DNA from: a candidate division WWE3 bacterium
GTDB lineage: Bacteria; Patescibacteriota; WWE3; UBA101185; UBA10185
DNA length: 64,000 nucleotides
Reading direction: 5' to 3'
Assembly: GCA_012798115.1 (NCBI GenBank)
Contig: JAAZNV010000009.1
Location: 10,156-74,155, forward strand
Numbering within the stretch: position 1 is the first letter of the stretch; the number at the start of each line of letters is the position of its first letter. This document shows positions 18,864-27,801 of this stretch, one piece after another. The notes under the pieces are model-generated. The model searched no databases. It saw only the letters and a list, made by a program, of their open reading frames with translations, and had not been told where the DNA came from. Position numbers and translations under genes: made by a program.

Positions 18864-20195
18864 CTAATTGGTTGAAGAAGCTTTCTTAGCACCAATTAAA
18901 GTTTCTTTGCAAGCTTTCAAAGCTTCTTCTGAAGTTAATTTCTTTTCTATACCACCTTCACCAAGAACTGCATTAACAGCAGTCTTTAAAGCTTCTACTT
19001 GTAGAGTATTTCCAACTCTTCCAGTAAAGTAGCCACTCTTAGCAAATGGTGCTGTATCTAGTACTGGTTTTATGTATTTGGATGCAGATCCTGATGCGGC
19101 TTGAGAGCTTAAAGCCACGCTACTAAAAGGCGCACCATAAGCTCTGTACTTTGAAGCTTCATTAAATATTGCTAACTGTTGTTCATCTTGAGTTAAAAAG
19201 TTTATTAAATCCCATGCTGCTTCTTGGTTCTCGCTACTTTTTGGAACGGCATACATCCAAAAATTGGCCCAAGAGGTAGGTGAATCAGCAACAGCTTGAG
19301 GAACTTGAGCAACCCCAATATCCATTGTTGGATTAGCTCTAATAATATCAAGTAAGTTCCATGTTGGAACAAAAATCATAGAAACTTTACCTTGAGAGAA
19401 TGCTTTGGTGGCCTCTGGAAAATTCTTATCCCATACCTTATCTTCAGTTACAAACATTGTATAGAAAGAAAGAGCATCTTGAGCAGCTTTTGTGTCTAAA
19501 TCACTCGGGATATTAATACCTGCCTGAGAAAACATCAAACCAAGTATATCTGCAAAGAAATCAATATTATCTGCAGTACCTATTGCAGCACCTGCTCTAA
19601 CAAACTCTCCATTTTCAGTCTTTACTGTCAAAGCAAGAGCTAACCTCCTAAACTCTTCCCAAGCTGTAGGAGGTGTAGTTTGATCTATTTCATCAAAATG
19701 TTGTTTATTATATACAAGAGCAATACCATCATAATAAACAGGAACTGCAAGAATCTTTCCATCTATTACAGCACTTTGAGAAGATACTGGATAAAAAGTT
19801 TGGTTATACTTTTCTACTGTCATTAACGAAGAAGGCATAGGTGATAAAAAATCTTTTATTTCAGGAATCCAACTATTATGAACAACAACTACATCGGGGG
19901 ATCCTGCTTGTTTTATTCTATTTAAGACTGTCTCTTTATATAAAGAAGATCCTACCACAGACCTATCATCATAAGTAATAGTAGTTGTAGGGCTTTTTTC
20001 CTTATACTTTTTAAGTAATGTATCCATAACCTCAGGGCTTTCCCACAATCCCCACATAGTAATTGATGCAGGTTTAGATACTACTTTCTTTCCTCCAAAT
20101 AAACTCCCAATAACAGGAAGGTCTTTAAGAGTGCAAGCTGTTAAAAGAAAAGGCAATACTAAAAGCAGGATGGCAGTAATTTTTTTGTTTTTCAT
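18864..20195 (-). CDS. Extracellular solute-binding lipoprotein family 1 (no permease adjacent)
   Basis: Lipobox LTAC; 'ALVYNK', 'PPTAWEEF', 'AAWDLINFLT'. Confidence 0.9.
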   Translation of the reverse strand: MKNKKITAILLLVLPFLLTACTLKDLPVIGSLFGGKKVVSKPASITMWGLWESPEVMDTLLKKYKEKSPTTTITYDDRSVVGSSLYKETVLNRIKQAGSPDVVVVHNSWIPEIKDFLSPMPSSLMTVEKYNQTFYPVSSQSAVIDGKILAVPVYYDGIALVYNKQHFDEIDQTTPPTAWEEFRRLALALTVKTENGEFVRAGAAIGTADNIDFFADILGLMFSQAGINIPSDLDTKAAQDALSFYTMFVTEDKVWDKNFPEATKAFSQGKVSMIFVPTWNLLDIIRANPTMDIGVAQVPQAVADSPTSWANFWMYAVPKSSENQEAAWDLINFLTQDEQQLAIFNEASKYRAYGAPFSSVALSSQAASGSASKYIKPVLDTAPFAKSGYFTGRVGNTLQVEALKTAVNAVLGEGGIEKKLTSEEALKACKETLIGAKKASSTN

Positions 20196-20283
20196 CCTTT
20201 TTATTATATATATACTAAAAGTTAAAATCCAGAAGACAAAATGTTATTAACATTAAATTACTCGACTACTAATATTTTTTAGT

Positions 20284-21582
20284 TTATTGAATAGATAATC
20301 CAATGATGATCCAAAACATAAGAAGGGTTTGATGCATAGTAAAGAAATAATGATCCAAACTACACAATAGAATTATTTGACTAAATGAAATTAAAAATAC
20401 ATAAAAGTAACTTGAATTCACTAATTTCTTGGAAACAAAAAGAAGAAACAGGATGAAAAACACAAAGGAAAATATACCACTTTCTGCTGCTACTAAAGCA
20501 AAAACATTATGTACCGGCTGAGTAAACCTAATGTCTTTGGATTTGAGCATATAGTCATCAATATGTACAGCCAAATTGTTTAAACCTACTCCAAACAATG
20601 GATATTCTTTAAATATTTTATAAGAAGAGGAAAGTAAACTAGATCTCCTATATAAAGAGGGGTGTGTAGACCTTGATATACATGGGAAAAGAGGAACAAC
20701 AAGCATACTTAAGGAAAAAAGAAGAGTTAGCAATAAGATTTTTATTTTCTTCTTGTGGTTACTAAAATATTTTAATTCTTCAGATGTATCAAACGTAGAC
20801 GGTAGTAAAAGGAAGAAATGAACAATTAGACCAAATAAAAACACCAACCATGATGAGTAGCTAAATGTACAGAATAAAGCTGATAGACCAATTATAAAAG
20901 AATATATATAAAATCTGTTTCTTTTAAGAAATGAAAATATTAGTATCAAAGATACCGTTAAGAAACCACCAAATGTATTAGGATGTCTAAATAATCCATA
21001 GGAAGGTATTACTAATTTTCCAAGTAAAGATTCTTTAGCAATTCCCCAAGTAGATGCAGTGTAAGGTTGCTCACCAAAAAATAAGTAATTGTTGAAAATA
21101 GAACCTTTGTTTAAATATTGAAGAACACCTAATATACTCACAAGAAAGACAGATATGGATAAAGCATCTAAAAACTTAAAGAAAAAATATTCAACTTTGA
21201 TTTCAACAAATGTATATAAAAATATGCAGAAATAAAGAAATAATCTAAACCAAAAATATATGGAAGGAATAAACCTAGAAGAAGAAAGAACAGAAAACAA
21301 CGTAGAAAAAACAAAAAGAAGAGAGAATTGTATTTCTTTCCTTGCTAGTAAATCTTTCCAGTTTATCTTCTTAATATCTCCGCTAAAGAGCCATAATATA
21401 ACTATTAAAAAAGCTAATATATCTTGAATATATACAGTAGGAATTAAATAATCTATGAGGACCCCTCCAAAGTACGAGCTAGAAACTAAAAAATGTTTTC
21501 CTAAGTTTAAAGGAATAAGAAAAACTAATACTAGGAAAAGTTTTTGAGATAAAGATAACAAATTTATTTTAGGTATTTTCAT
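20284..21582 (-). CDS. O-antigen ligase/Wzy-family membrane protein
   Basis: Many TMs; 'YGLFRHPNTFGG', 'PLFGVG', 'QPVHNVF'. Start may be 21582 or 21591. Confidence 0.85.
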   Translation of the reverse strand: MKIPKINLLSLSQKLFLVLVFLIPLNLGKHFLVSSSYFGGVLIDYLIPTVYIQDILAFLIVILWLFSGDIKKINWKDLLARKEIQFSLLFVFSTLFSVLSSSRFIPSIYFWFRLFLYFCIFLYTFVEIKVEYFFFKFLDALSISVFLVSILGVLQYLNKGSIFNNYLFFGEQPYTASTWGIAKESLLGKLVIPSYGLFRHPNTFGGFLTVSLILIFSFLKRNRFYIYSFIIGLSALFCTFSYSSWLVFLFGLIVHFFLLLPSTFDTSEELKYFSNHKKKIKILLLTLLFSLSMLVVPLFPCISRSTHPSLYRRSSLLSSSYKIFKEYPLFGVGLNNLAVHIDDYMLKSKDIRFTQPVHNVFALVAAESGIFSFVFFILFLLFVSKKLVNSSYFYVFLISFSQIILLCSLDHYFFTMHQTLLMFWIIIGLSIQ

Positions 21583-21599
21583 ATACTTCAAGATATAGT

Positions 21600-22011
21600 G
21601 GTTCTTATTTACGATTTAACAGTGGGCAATGAACTATTTAATAAAGAGATAATTTATATTTATAATATAGCATTAATTTCTTACTATTAAATGTTTGTTT
21701 TCCACATTGGCATTCAATATATTTGAGTATATATAATACGTAGTACTAGATATAGGAGGTGTGGATATGTGCATTAACTGATTAATTGCTCTTGCTTAAA
21801 CTTATACGTAAATCAAGCATTGAAGACAACTTTTTTTGTTATTAATCCAACTAATAGTCACAACTAAACACCTAATTTCCTTTAGCTACCTTCTGTAACA
21901 TCTGTTGATAAAGCTATGTTTAATGTGCAAAACATTGTGGATAAATACCTTAGTTTATCAACACTTGTGATGCGGCGTTAACTTTCCCACATCTTAGTTT
22001 ATTTGCATACA
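21600..22011. promoter_or_regulatory. Chromosomal replication origin (oriC)
   Basis: Non-coding gap downstream of dnaA. DnaA boxes: TTTTCCACA 21698, TGTGGATAT 21760, TGTGCATTA 21768, TGTTGATAA 21903, TGTGCAAAA 21924, TGTGGATAA 21936 (perfect), TTATCAACA 21955. Also a TAG-trio tract and AT-rich segments. Confidence 0.9.
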
Positions 22012-23415
22012 TTAGTTGTTAAATATGATTTGTTTAACATTTACTATATCTTGAGTAGTTTTTCCTGTTTGAGCCATTTCAGCTTGAATTTTTCCTACCC
22101 CATGCATAACAGTAGTATGGTCTCTTCCTCCTAGGAATTCTCCAATTGTCATAAATGGCATGTCTGTAATTTCTTTCATTAAGTACATAGCAACTTGTCT
22201 TGGTATCACAAGCTCTTTATTTCTCCTTTTTCCTTTTAAGTCTTGGGCTTTTACAGAATAATAAAGGCAAACTGCTTTTAATATTTCATTAACATTGACG
22301 TTTTTCACTGCCTTTTCTCTTATTGTTTGACCAAGGGCTTTTGCTGCTAGATCAACGTTTAATTCCAAACCATTTGCTTTAGCATATGTAACTGCTTGTA
22401 AATAAGCTCCTTCTAGCTCTCTAATGTTTGAGTCAACTTTTTCTGCTATGTAGTTTATGACCTCATTTGGTACAAAATCCTTATTTTCATCTCTTTTTGC
22501 TCGTAGTATTGCTGCTCTCATTTCCATGTCTGGGTTTTGAATATCTGCAATTATTCCACTAGAAAACCTTGATGTTATTCTTTCTTCTAAATTAGTAAAA
22601 TCTTTTGGTGGCCTATCCGATGTAATAACAATTTGTTTCCCAGCCATGTACAAAGTATTAAACGTGTGAAAAAACTCTTCTTGAGTTGCTTCTCTCCCGA
22701 TAATGAACTGAACATCGTCTATTAGAAGAACATCTGCTTTTCTAAACTTTTCTCTAAATTGATTAGTAGTATATTGACCTTTTCCTTTTCCACTTTGTAT
22801 TGCTTCAATAAGCTCGTTAGTGAAGGCCTCTCCAGTTGTGTAAACAACTCTTACTCCTGGTTTTGATTCTATTACCTTATTTCCTATAGCTTGAATTAAA
22901 TGAGTTTTTCCAAGCCCAACTCTTGAATAAATGAAAACAGGATTGTATAACTCACCTGGTTTTTCAGCTACAGCAGTTGCTATTGCATATGCAAGGTTAT
23001 TGTTTTTTCCTATGATGTAGTTTTCAAATGTAAATTTAGAACTAAGATTAGACTTCTGCCTCTTTTCTTCCACCACAACACTTGGGTCTCTTTGTGATGA
23101 AAACAATGGTCCTAATTCGCCTTTTCCTTCCTTATCCATCCTACCATTCTTATCTGTGCTAACTTTTAGCTTAGTTTTTAAGTCTCTTCCAGCAGTATTT
23201 CTGATTGCTTTCTCTACGATATCTAGATACTTTTTTTCTAGATTTTTCTTAACGAAATCATCCTCACATGTTATTACAACTAAATTATCGTTTAAAGATT
23301 CTGCTTGAGTGCGAGCAATAACTGATTTGTATACCATGGGAGATATTTCTATCTCCACTTGCCCAAGAACCGTTTTCCAGAACCCTTTTAAGCTGTCAAA
23401 AGACTCAATATTCAT
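22012..23415 (-). CDS. dnaA: Chromosomal replication initiator DnaA
   Basis: 'YNPVFIYSRVGLGKTHL', 'LLIDDVQF', 'QEEFFHTFN', 'GGRDHTTVMH'. Confidence 0.99.
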   Translation of the reverse strand: MNIESFDSLKGFWKTVLGQVEIEISPMVYKSVIARTQAESLNDNLVVITCEDDFVKKNLEKKYLDIVEKAIRNTAGRDLKTKLKVSTDKNGRMDKEGKGELGPLFSSQRDPSVVVEEKRQKSNLSSKFTFENYIIGKNNNLAYAIATAVAEKPGELYNPVFIYSRVGLGKTHLIQAIGNKVIESKPGVRVVYTTGEAFTNELIEAIQSGKGKGQYTTNQFREKFRKADVLLIDDVQFIIGREATQEEFFHTFNTLYMAGKQIVITSDRPPKDFTNLEERITSRFSSGIIADIQNPDMEMRAAILRAKRDENKDFVPNEVINYIAEKVDSNIRELEGAYLQAVTYAKANGLELNVDLAAKALGQTIREKAVKNVNVNEILKAVCLYYSVKAQDLKGKRRNKELVIPRQVAMYLMKEITDMPFMTIGEFLGGRDHTTVMHGVGKIQAEMAQTGKTTQDIVNVKQIIFNN

Positions 23416-23462
23416 AGTTTATATGGGAAGGAACTACTTAACGTTAGTGTAAGATATATTAG

Positions 23463-23492
23463 TTATCCACAATTATCAAGCAATGTGGATTG
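23463..23492. promoter_or_regulatory. DnaA boxes upstream of dnaA
   Basis: Perfect TTATCCACA at 23463 and degenerate inverted TGTGGATTG at 23484. Confidence 0.75.
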
Positions 23493-23505
23493 TTAAATTA
23501 GATTC

Positions 23506-24249
23506 TTAGAGTGCTTTTTCTTGATCCCTTTGAGCTTTATTACCTTTTTTCCTCATAAGCTCTGTGTAGTCTTCTTCTAAGTTCCCAGGTAGTGGAGAAA
23601 AATCTTCAAAATGATAAATTATTCCTTTTCTAAACAAATATTTAGGAGTCTTTCTATCCCAAATAACTATAGTGTCCACCTTTGCTCTTATAGATGATTC
23701 AACGCCCACAGGAGAATCTTCAAAAGCTAAGACTTCCTTAGGCTTTAGTTTAAAGGATTTTAGTGCCTTTCTGTATATTTCAGGACTTGGTTTTATTCTT
23801 TTTACTTCATCACCGCATATTATTAAGTCAAAAGCATCTTTAATATCAAGTTTATTAATTACAACATCTGCAATAGATCTTTTAGTGTTTGTTAAAAGGG
23901 CTAGTTTACAAGACTTCTTTTCTTTTAATTCATAAATCAAATCCCAAAATCCTTCTGTAGGTTCTATTTTTGAATTGTTTATTATGTTTATATATGCTTT
24001 CTCTGTTAAATCAATTAATTCATCTAGTGGTTCCTTTACTGCATGACCATACGTGGCTTTTATTACTTTCCATGATTCTGAAATAGGGTAGCCATATAAT
24101 TTGTAATCCCTTGCGTTTATATAGCTTACTTCAATATCATCCAATACTTTTTGAATAGCATTAGTCATCAATTCTTCTGTTTCTTTTACTACTGTTCCAT
24201 CTAAGTCAAAAAATACTGCTTTTTTTCCTTCAAATAATTTTTTATACAT
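23506..24249 (-). CDS. HAD-superfamily hydrolase (IA)
   Basis: 'FFDLDGTVV', 'LTN', 'KPSPEIY', 'FEDS'; start placed at MYKKLF. Confidence 0.9.
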   Translation of the reverse strand: MYKKLFEGKKAVFFDLDGTVVKETEELMTNAIQKVLDDIEVSYINARDYKLYGYPISESWKVIKATYGHAVKEPLDELIDLTEKAYINIINNSKIEPTEGFWDLIYELKEKKSCKLALLTNTKRSIADVVINKLDIKDAFDLIICGDEVKRIKPSPEIYRKALKSFKLKPKEVLAFEDSPVGVESSIRAKVDTIVIWDRKTPKYLFRKGIIYHFEDFSPLPGNLEEDYTELMRKKGNKAQRDQEKAL

Positions 24250-24346
24250 ACTGTTTCTTAATTTTATATTTAAATGCTTATTATTTCTAGTGATTTTAAT
24301 ACTTACGTATTTGAGATATAACATCATTTTTTGTTAGTATTTTAGT

Positions 24347-24571
24347 ATGGAAGAAAAAGAGTTTGAAGAAAGTAAAAATATTAAATTTAAATGTCCTAAT
24401 TGTGGCTCTCTGCAGAGGGATGATGTAGTCTTTTTATGCAATAAATGCAATCAATCGGAAATGTTGTATAAGGATGGTGTTTATATGTGTCCTTCGTGCT
24501 TAAAGCCTGGAGAAAATTTCGAATGCTTGAGATGTGGCTCTAAAGAAGTAGTGATGAAGATAAAAGAGTAG
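24347..24571 (+). CDS. Small double zinc-ribbon protein
   Basis: Four CxxC motifs (CPNC, CNKC, CPSC, CLRC) in 74 aa. Confidence 0.8.
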   Translation: MEEKEFEESKNIKFKCPNCGSLQRDDVVFLCNKCNQSEMLYKDGVYMCPSCLKPGENFECLRCGSKEVVMKIKE

Positions 24572-25015
24572 TTATTCTATTCCTTTATCATCGTAGTACA
24601 TTCTTAAAATATAAGCAGCTGCTAAATGGTCGTTTGTCTTTCTATGCTTCTCTGAAATTCCTAAATCTAATGCTTCCTCAAACGCTCTTGCTGAAGACCC
24701 ATACTCATTTTGAGTCTCAACAGGCCTTTTTGTGTTGGTTTTTAATATTTTTGCAAATCTTCTTATTTCAATAGACTCTGCAGTATCTTTTCCTTCCATT
24801 GTCAATGGCAGACCTAGAATAATGAGCTCTACTTTATTCTCAATAACTACCCTGTTTATTCTTATAAGAGCGTTGTTAGTGTTTTTAGCTGAAATTACTT
24901 CTAAAGGAGTAACTAACCCATTTCTCCCAAGTGCCAAGCCAATATTTGCTCTACCATAATCCACTCCAAGTATAGTAGCAGAATCGTATTTAATCTTTTT
25001 ACTATTCATTATCAT
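24572..25015 (-). CDS. ruvX: RuvX/YqgF pre-16S rRNA nuclease
   Basis: 'LGVDYGRANIGLA', 'ILGLPL', 'DHLAAAYIL'. Confidence 0.9.
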   Translation of the reverse strand: MIMNSKKIKYDSATILGVDYGRANIGLALGRNGLVTPLEVISAKNTNNALIRINRVVIENKVELIILGLPLTMEGKDTAESIEIRRFAKILKTNTKRPVETQNEYGSSARAFEEALDLGISEKHRKTNDHLAAAYILRMYYDDKGIE

Positions 25016-26565
25016 TCCTTCTCTATAGTAATTTGTATTCTGCTTATATCTTTGGGTATGTTTCTAAAAAATGGCACTGCTGGACTAAGACGAAACTCAT
25101 ATGAGTTAACGTTCTTAATTGATCCTAATAGACTCTGTGCTTCTGCTGCAGATTTTCCTCTAAGTTGGTTTTTAATATCTTCCTCATTAATATTAGGAAC
25201 AATAAAAGTTTTAAGAGTAACTTGAATGTCTGCTTCTTGTGAAGTTAAAACACTACTGGTAGAGCTTCCAAGTACCTCTACTTTAACTTCTCTGTCTTGT
25301 TCTGATAGTGCAAACCCTTCTGGTATTACATCTTTAACATATTCATCTATAAACTTATTTAGTTCACTTTCCATGTATGCTAAACCCTCTCCACTTACAG
25401 TTTGGGTGAGAGATATTTTTTCTGCTTCATCCCCAATATTTTTGGTAAAACTATCTTTAATTATTTGAACTTGAGTTGAGCCTGCAACTAGCTTTTGTCC
25501 AATACCCAACTTACTCTTGATGTCCTCCTCAGCCTTTTTTGTACTAACCAGTTTCAGCTCAGTAGATATATTGTTTCTATCATCTGATGTAACTATTTTT
25601 ACTTCCTCACTCTTTCCACCATCTATATCACTTTTGGTCTTTGCAGCAAGTTCACTCTTTTTATATCCAGAAACTTCAAGTGATTTTCCATCATCTATAT
25701 TAAAAGATTCCCCAACACTAGAAGCAATGATGTCCACAGTTGCTTCTCCTGCAATATTGACCTCAGGATTAGAAGAATTTTCTGTGCTAGCTGGAATATC
25801 AACATCGTCTTTAAGATAATAATTCAAGTCTGTTGATTTTCCTTCGTAAACAACCTTATCTCCTTTATCAAGACTTATTTCTTTGGATGTTTTATTGTAC
25901 AAGGTTATCTCTCCTTCAGCCTTTTCCCCAACTGTTTTTGTGCCAGTAGTATCCTTTTCTAAGGTTGACTCTATATTCGTTGCTATAGTAGTTCCTCTAA
26001 GAACCTTGTTTTGTACGCTTGTTGAAGCACTATTTTTAACTTTTATAGTTACACTTTTTGTTAATGCTTGTGAGTGAACAGATATTTTTACACTTGCTTT
26101 TGGGGCCTTTAAACCATAGAAAATGAAACTAGCAAGTAAAGTAAGTAATATAAGAACTGGAGTGAGCACCTTCTTCTTTCCACTTGTTAGTTTTCTTATA
26201 AAATTTAGCGGTGCAATATTAATCTTTTTAGATTTGAAAATATTCATGGGAAGAGTGATCACTTTTTGTTTTGATTGCTTTGCTGTAGCTTCTATTAATG
26301 TCTGGTCTTCTTCTATGTATGGTTGTTCGGGACCTCCTCCTATAACTGACGAAAGGAGGCTATTTCCTATTTCATCATCAGTTGCAAAATCAATACTTTT
26401 TTCCATCTTATCAGCTTCATACTGAATAAGCTTAATATTTAATGAGTTTTCAAATAAGACAGATTCTTTTGGGATGTTTACCTCGATATTTAAATCAGTA
26501 ATGCTTTTTATCTTGCTTATTGCGGTAACAACATCATCGTTGGGTTGTAAATATAGTTTAATCAT
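25012..26565 (-). CDS. Single-TM CPR protein with baseplate-J-like extracellular domain
   Basis: N-terminal cytoplasmic domain, TM, then 'GEKAEGEITLYN...GESFNI...GGKSEEVKIVTSDD'. Confidence 0.65.
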   Translation of the reverse strand: MIKLYLQPNDDVVTAISKIKSITDLNIEVNIPKESVLFENSLNIKLIQYEADKMEKSIDFATDDEIGNSLLSSVIGGGPEQPYIEEDQTLIEATAKQSKQKVITLPMNIFKSKKINIAPLNFIRKLTSGKKKVLTPVLILLTLLASFIFYGLKAPKASVKISVHSQALTKSVTIKVKNSASTSVQNKVLRGTTIATNIESTLEKDTTGTKTVGEKAEGEITLYNKTSKEISLDKGDKVVYEGKSTDLNYYLKDDVDIPASTENSSNPEVNIAGEATVDIIASSVGESFNIDDGKSLEVSGYKKSELAAKTKSDIDGGKSEEVKIVTSDDRNNISTELKLVSTKKAEEDIKSKLGIGQKLVAGSTQVQIIKDSFTKNIGDEAEKISLTQTVSGEGLAYMESELNKFIDEYVKDVIPEGFALSEQDREVKVEVLGSSTSSVLTSQEADIQVTLKTFIVPNINEEDIKNQLRGKSAAEAQSLLGSIKNVNSYEFRLSPAVPFFRNIPKDISRIQITIEKE

Positions 26566-26574
26566 ATATTTTAA

Positions 26575-27777
26575 CTAAATTCCTAGTATCTCCTTATAAA
26601 TAATAGACGCAGCTACTGTATACAACCAATCAGAACTTAATAACTCTCCTGTGGCATAAGATACTTTTGATAAATCAGATAAGGATAATTTGGCTATCTC
26701 TAGACTAGCTTTAAATGGAATTGTTTTAGTCCATGGTTCTTCTTTTAGAGCGTTTTCAATATCTGGTATTTCAGCTCCACATCCGGATAGAAATATTTTG
26801 TTTGAAAACATTTTTATTCCAGAAAAATCTTCAAATAGCAACTTAATTCCATCAATCCACAAGCTTGTTATTCCTTTCAAGCATTTCTCGACGGTTATCC
26901 TCTCACTTTCTGAAAGTTTTTCTTGGTTGTACATATTTAATACATTTTCAGCATCTTTTGGTGATAAACCCATGTTTAACCCCACTGCTTCTATGAAGTG
27001 TGTATGTCCAATATTTAGGGTTTTAGATGAAACTATGCCACCACCAAATACAACTCCTACATCAGTTGAGTCTTCTGCAATACTAATTAAGACAAAATCT
27101 AGAATGTTTTTTGGAGGGTTTTTAAACCATTCAACAACTGAATACATCTGAGATCCTAATGCAATTAATTCAAGGCCTGATTTTTTAATTATTCCTTGAA
27201 TGGATTTAACGTGAAAACTTGGAGCAAAAGAATTGTACACTGCAGCTTCAATTGTCTCCCCACGCTGGCCCTCAAGTATTGCTACATTTTGATTATCTAT
27301 TTTTAAATAAATGTCAGACGTTGTTATTGAATCTAGTTCTAAATCTGGATCTCCAGTGTTCTGAAGAACTTTGTTATGTGCTTGAATATATGAAGCTTCT
27401 GTAATTCTGGAGTAAAGTTCTTCCACCTCATCAGCCTTAATAGGATCTGTTGTTGCTCTTTTTAGTCTTACCGTTGTAGTAAGTCCTAGTGTAATTCCGC
27501 CATCAATAGCAATTATTGTTTTTCTTGTTTTATCCTCTAAATTTTCTGTTGCTTTACTAACAACCTCTTTTATTGCTTCGCTAACCCCTTCTTTATTAAT
27601 AACCATTCCATTCCTTACGTAACCTTTCTCTAGGTTCTTTTTTCCTGACCCAATTATTTTAAATAAATCCCCATCGAAAAAGAATGCAACACATCTAACA
27701 TCCTTAGCATTTACATTCAAAGATAAGAACTTATTTGTGTTGGTATCTACTTTTTCTAAAAAAGGCAGATTAAACAT
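26575..27777 (-). CDS. FtsA-like actin-fold protein
   Basis: 'VRNGMVINKEGV', 'DSTDVGVVFGG', 'IFLSGCGAEI'; phosphate motifs degenerate; no ftsZ nearby. Confidence 0.75.
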   Translation of the reverse strand: MFNLPFLEKVDTNTNKFLSLNVNAKDVRCVAFFFDGDLFKIIGSGKKNLEKGYVRNGMVINKEGVSEAIKEVVSKATENLEDKTRKTIIAIDGGITLGLTTTVRLKRATTDPIKADEVEELYSRITEASYIQAHNKVLQNTGDPDLELDSITTSDIYLKIDNQNVAILEGQRGETIEAAVYNSFAPSFHVKSIQGIIKKSGLELIALGSQMYSVVEWFKNPPKNILDFVLISIAEDSTDVGVVFGGGIVSSKTLNIGHTHFIEAVGLNMGLSPKDAENVLNMYNQEKLSESERITVEKCLKGITSLWIDGIKLLFEDFSGIKMFSNKIFLSGCGAEIPDIENALKEEPWTKTIPFKASLEIAKLSLSDLSKVSYATGELLSSDWLYTVAASIIYKEILGI

Positions 27778-27801
27778 TAGATTGATTATACAAATAGTAA
27801 G

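Noticed and set aside
25012-26565. Prophage or contractile injection system suggested by the baseplate-J-like domain
   Set aside because: No sheath, tube, capsid, terminase or integrase genes; the protein has a TM and sits among housekeeping genes.
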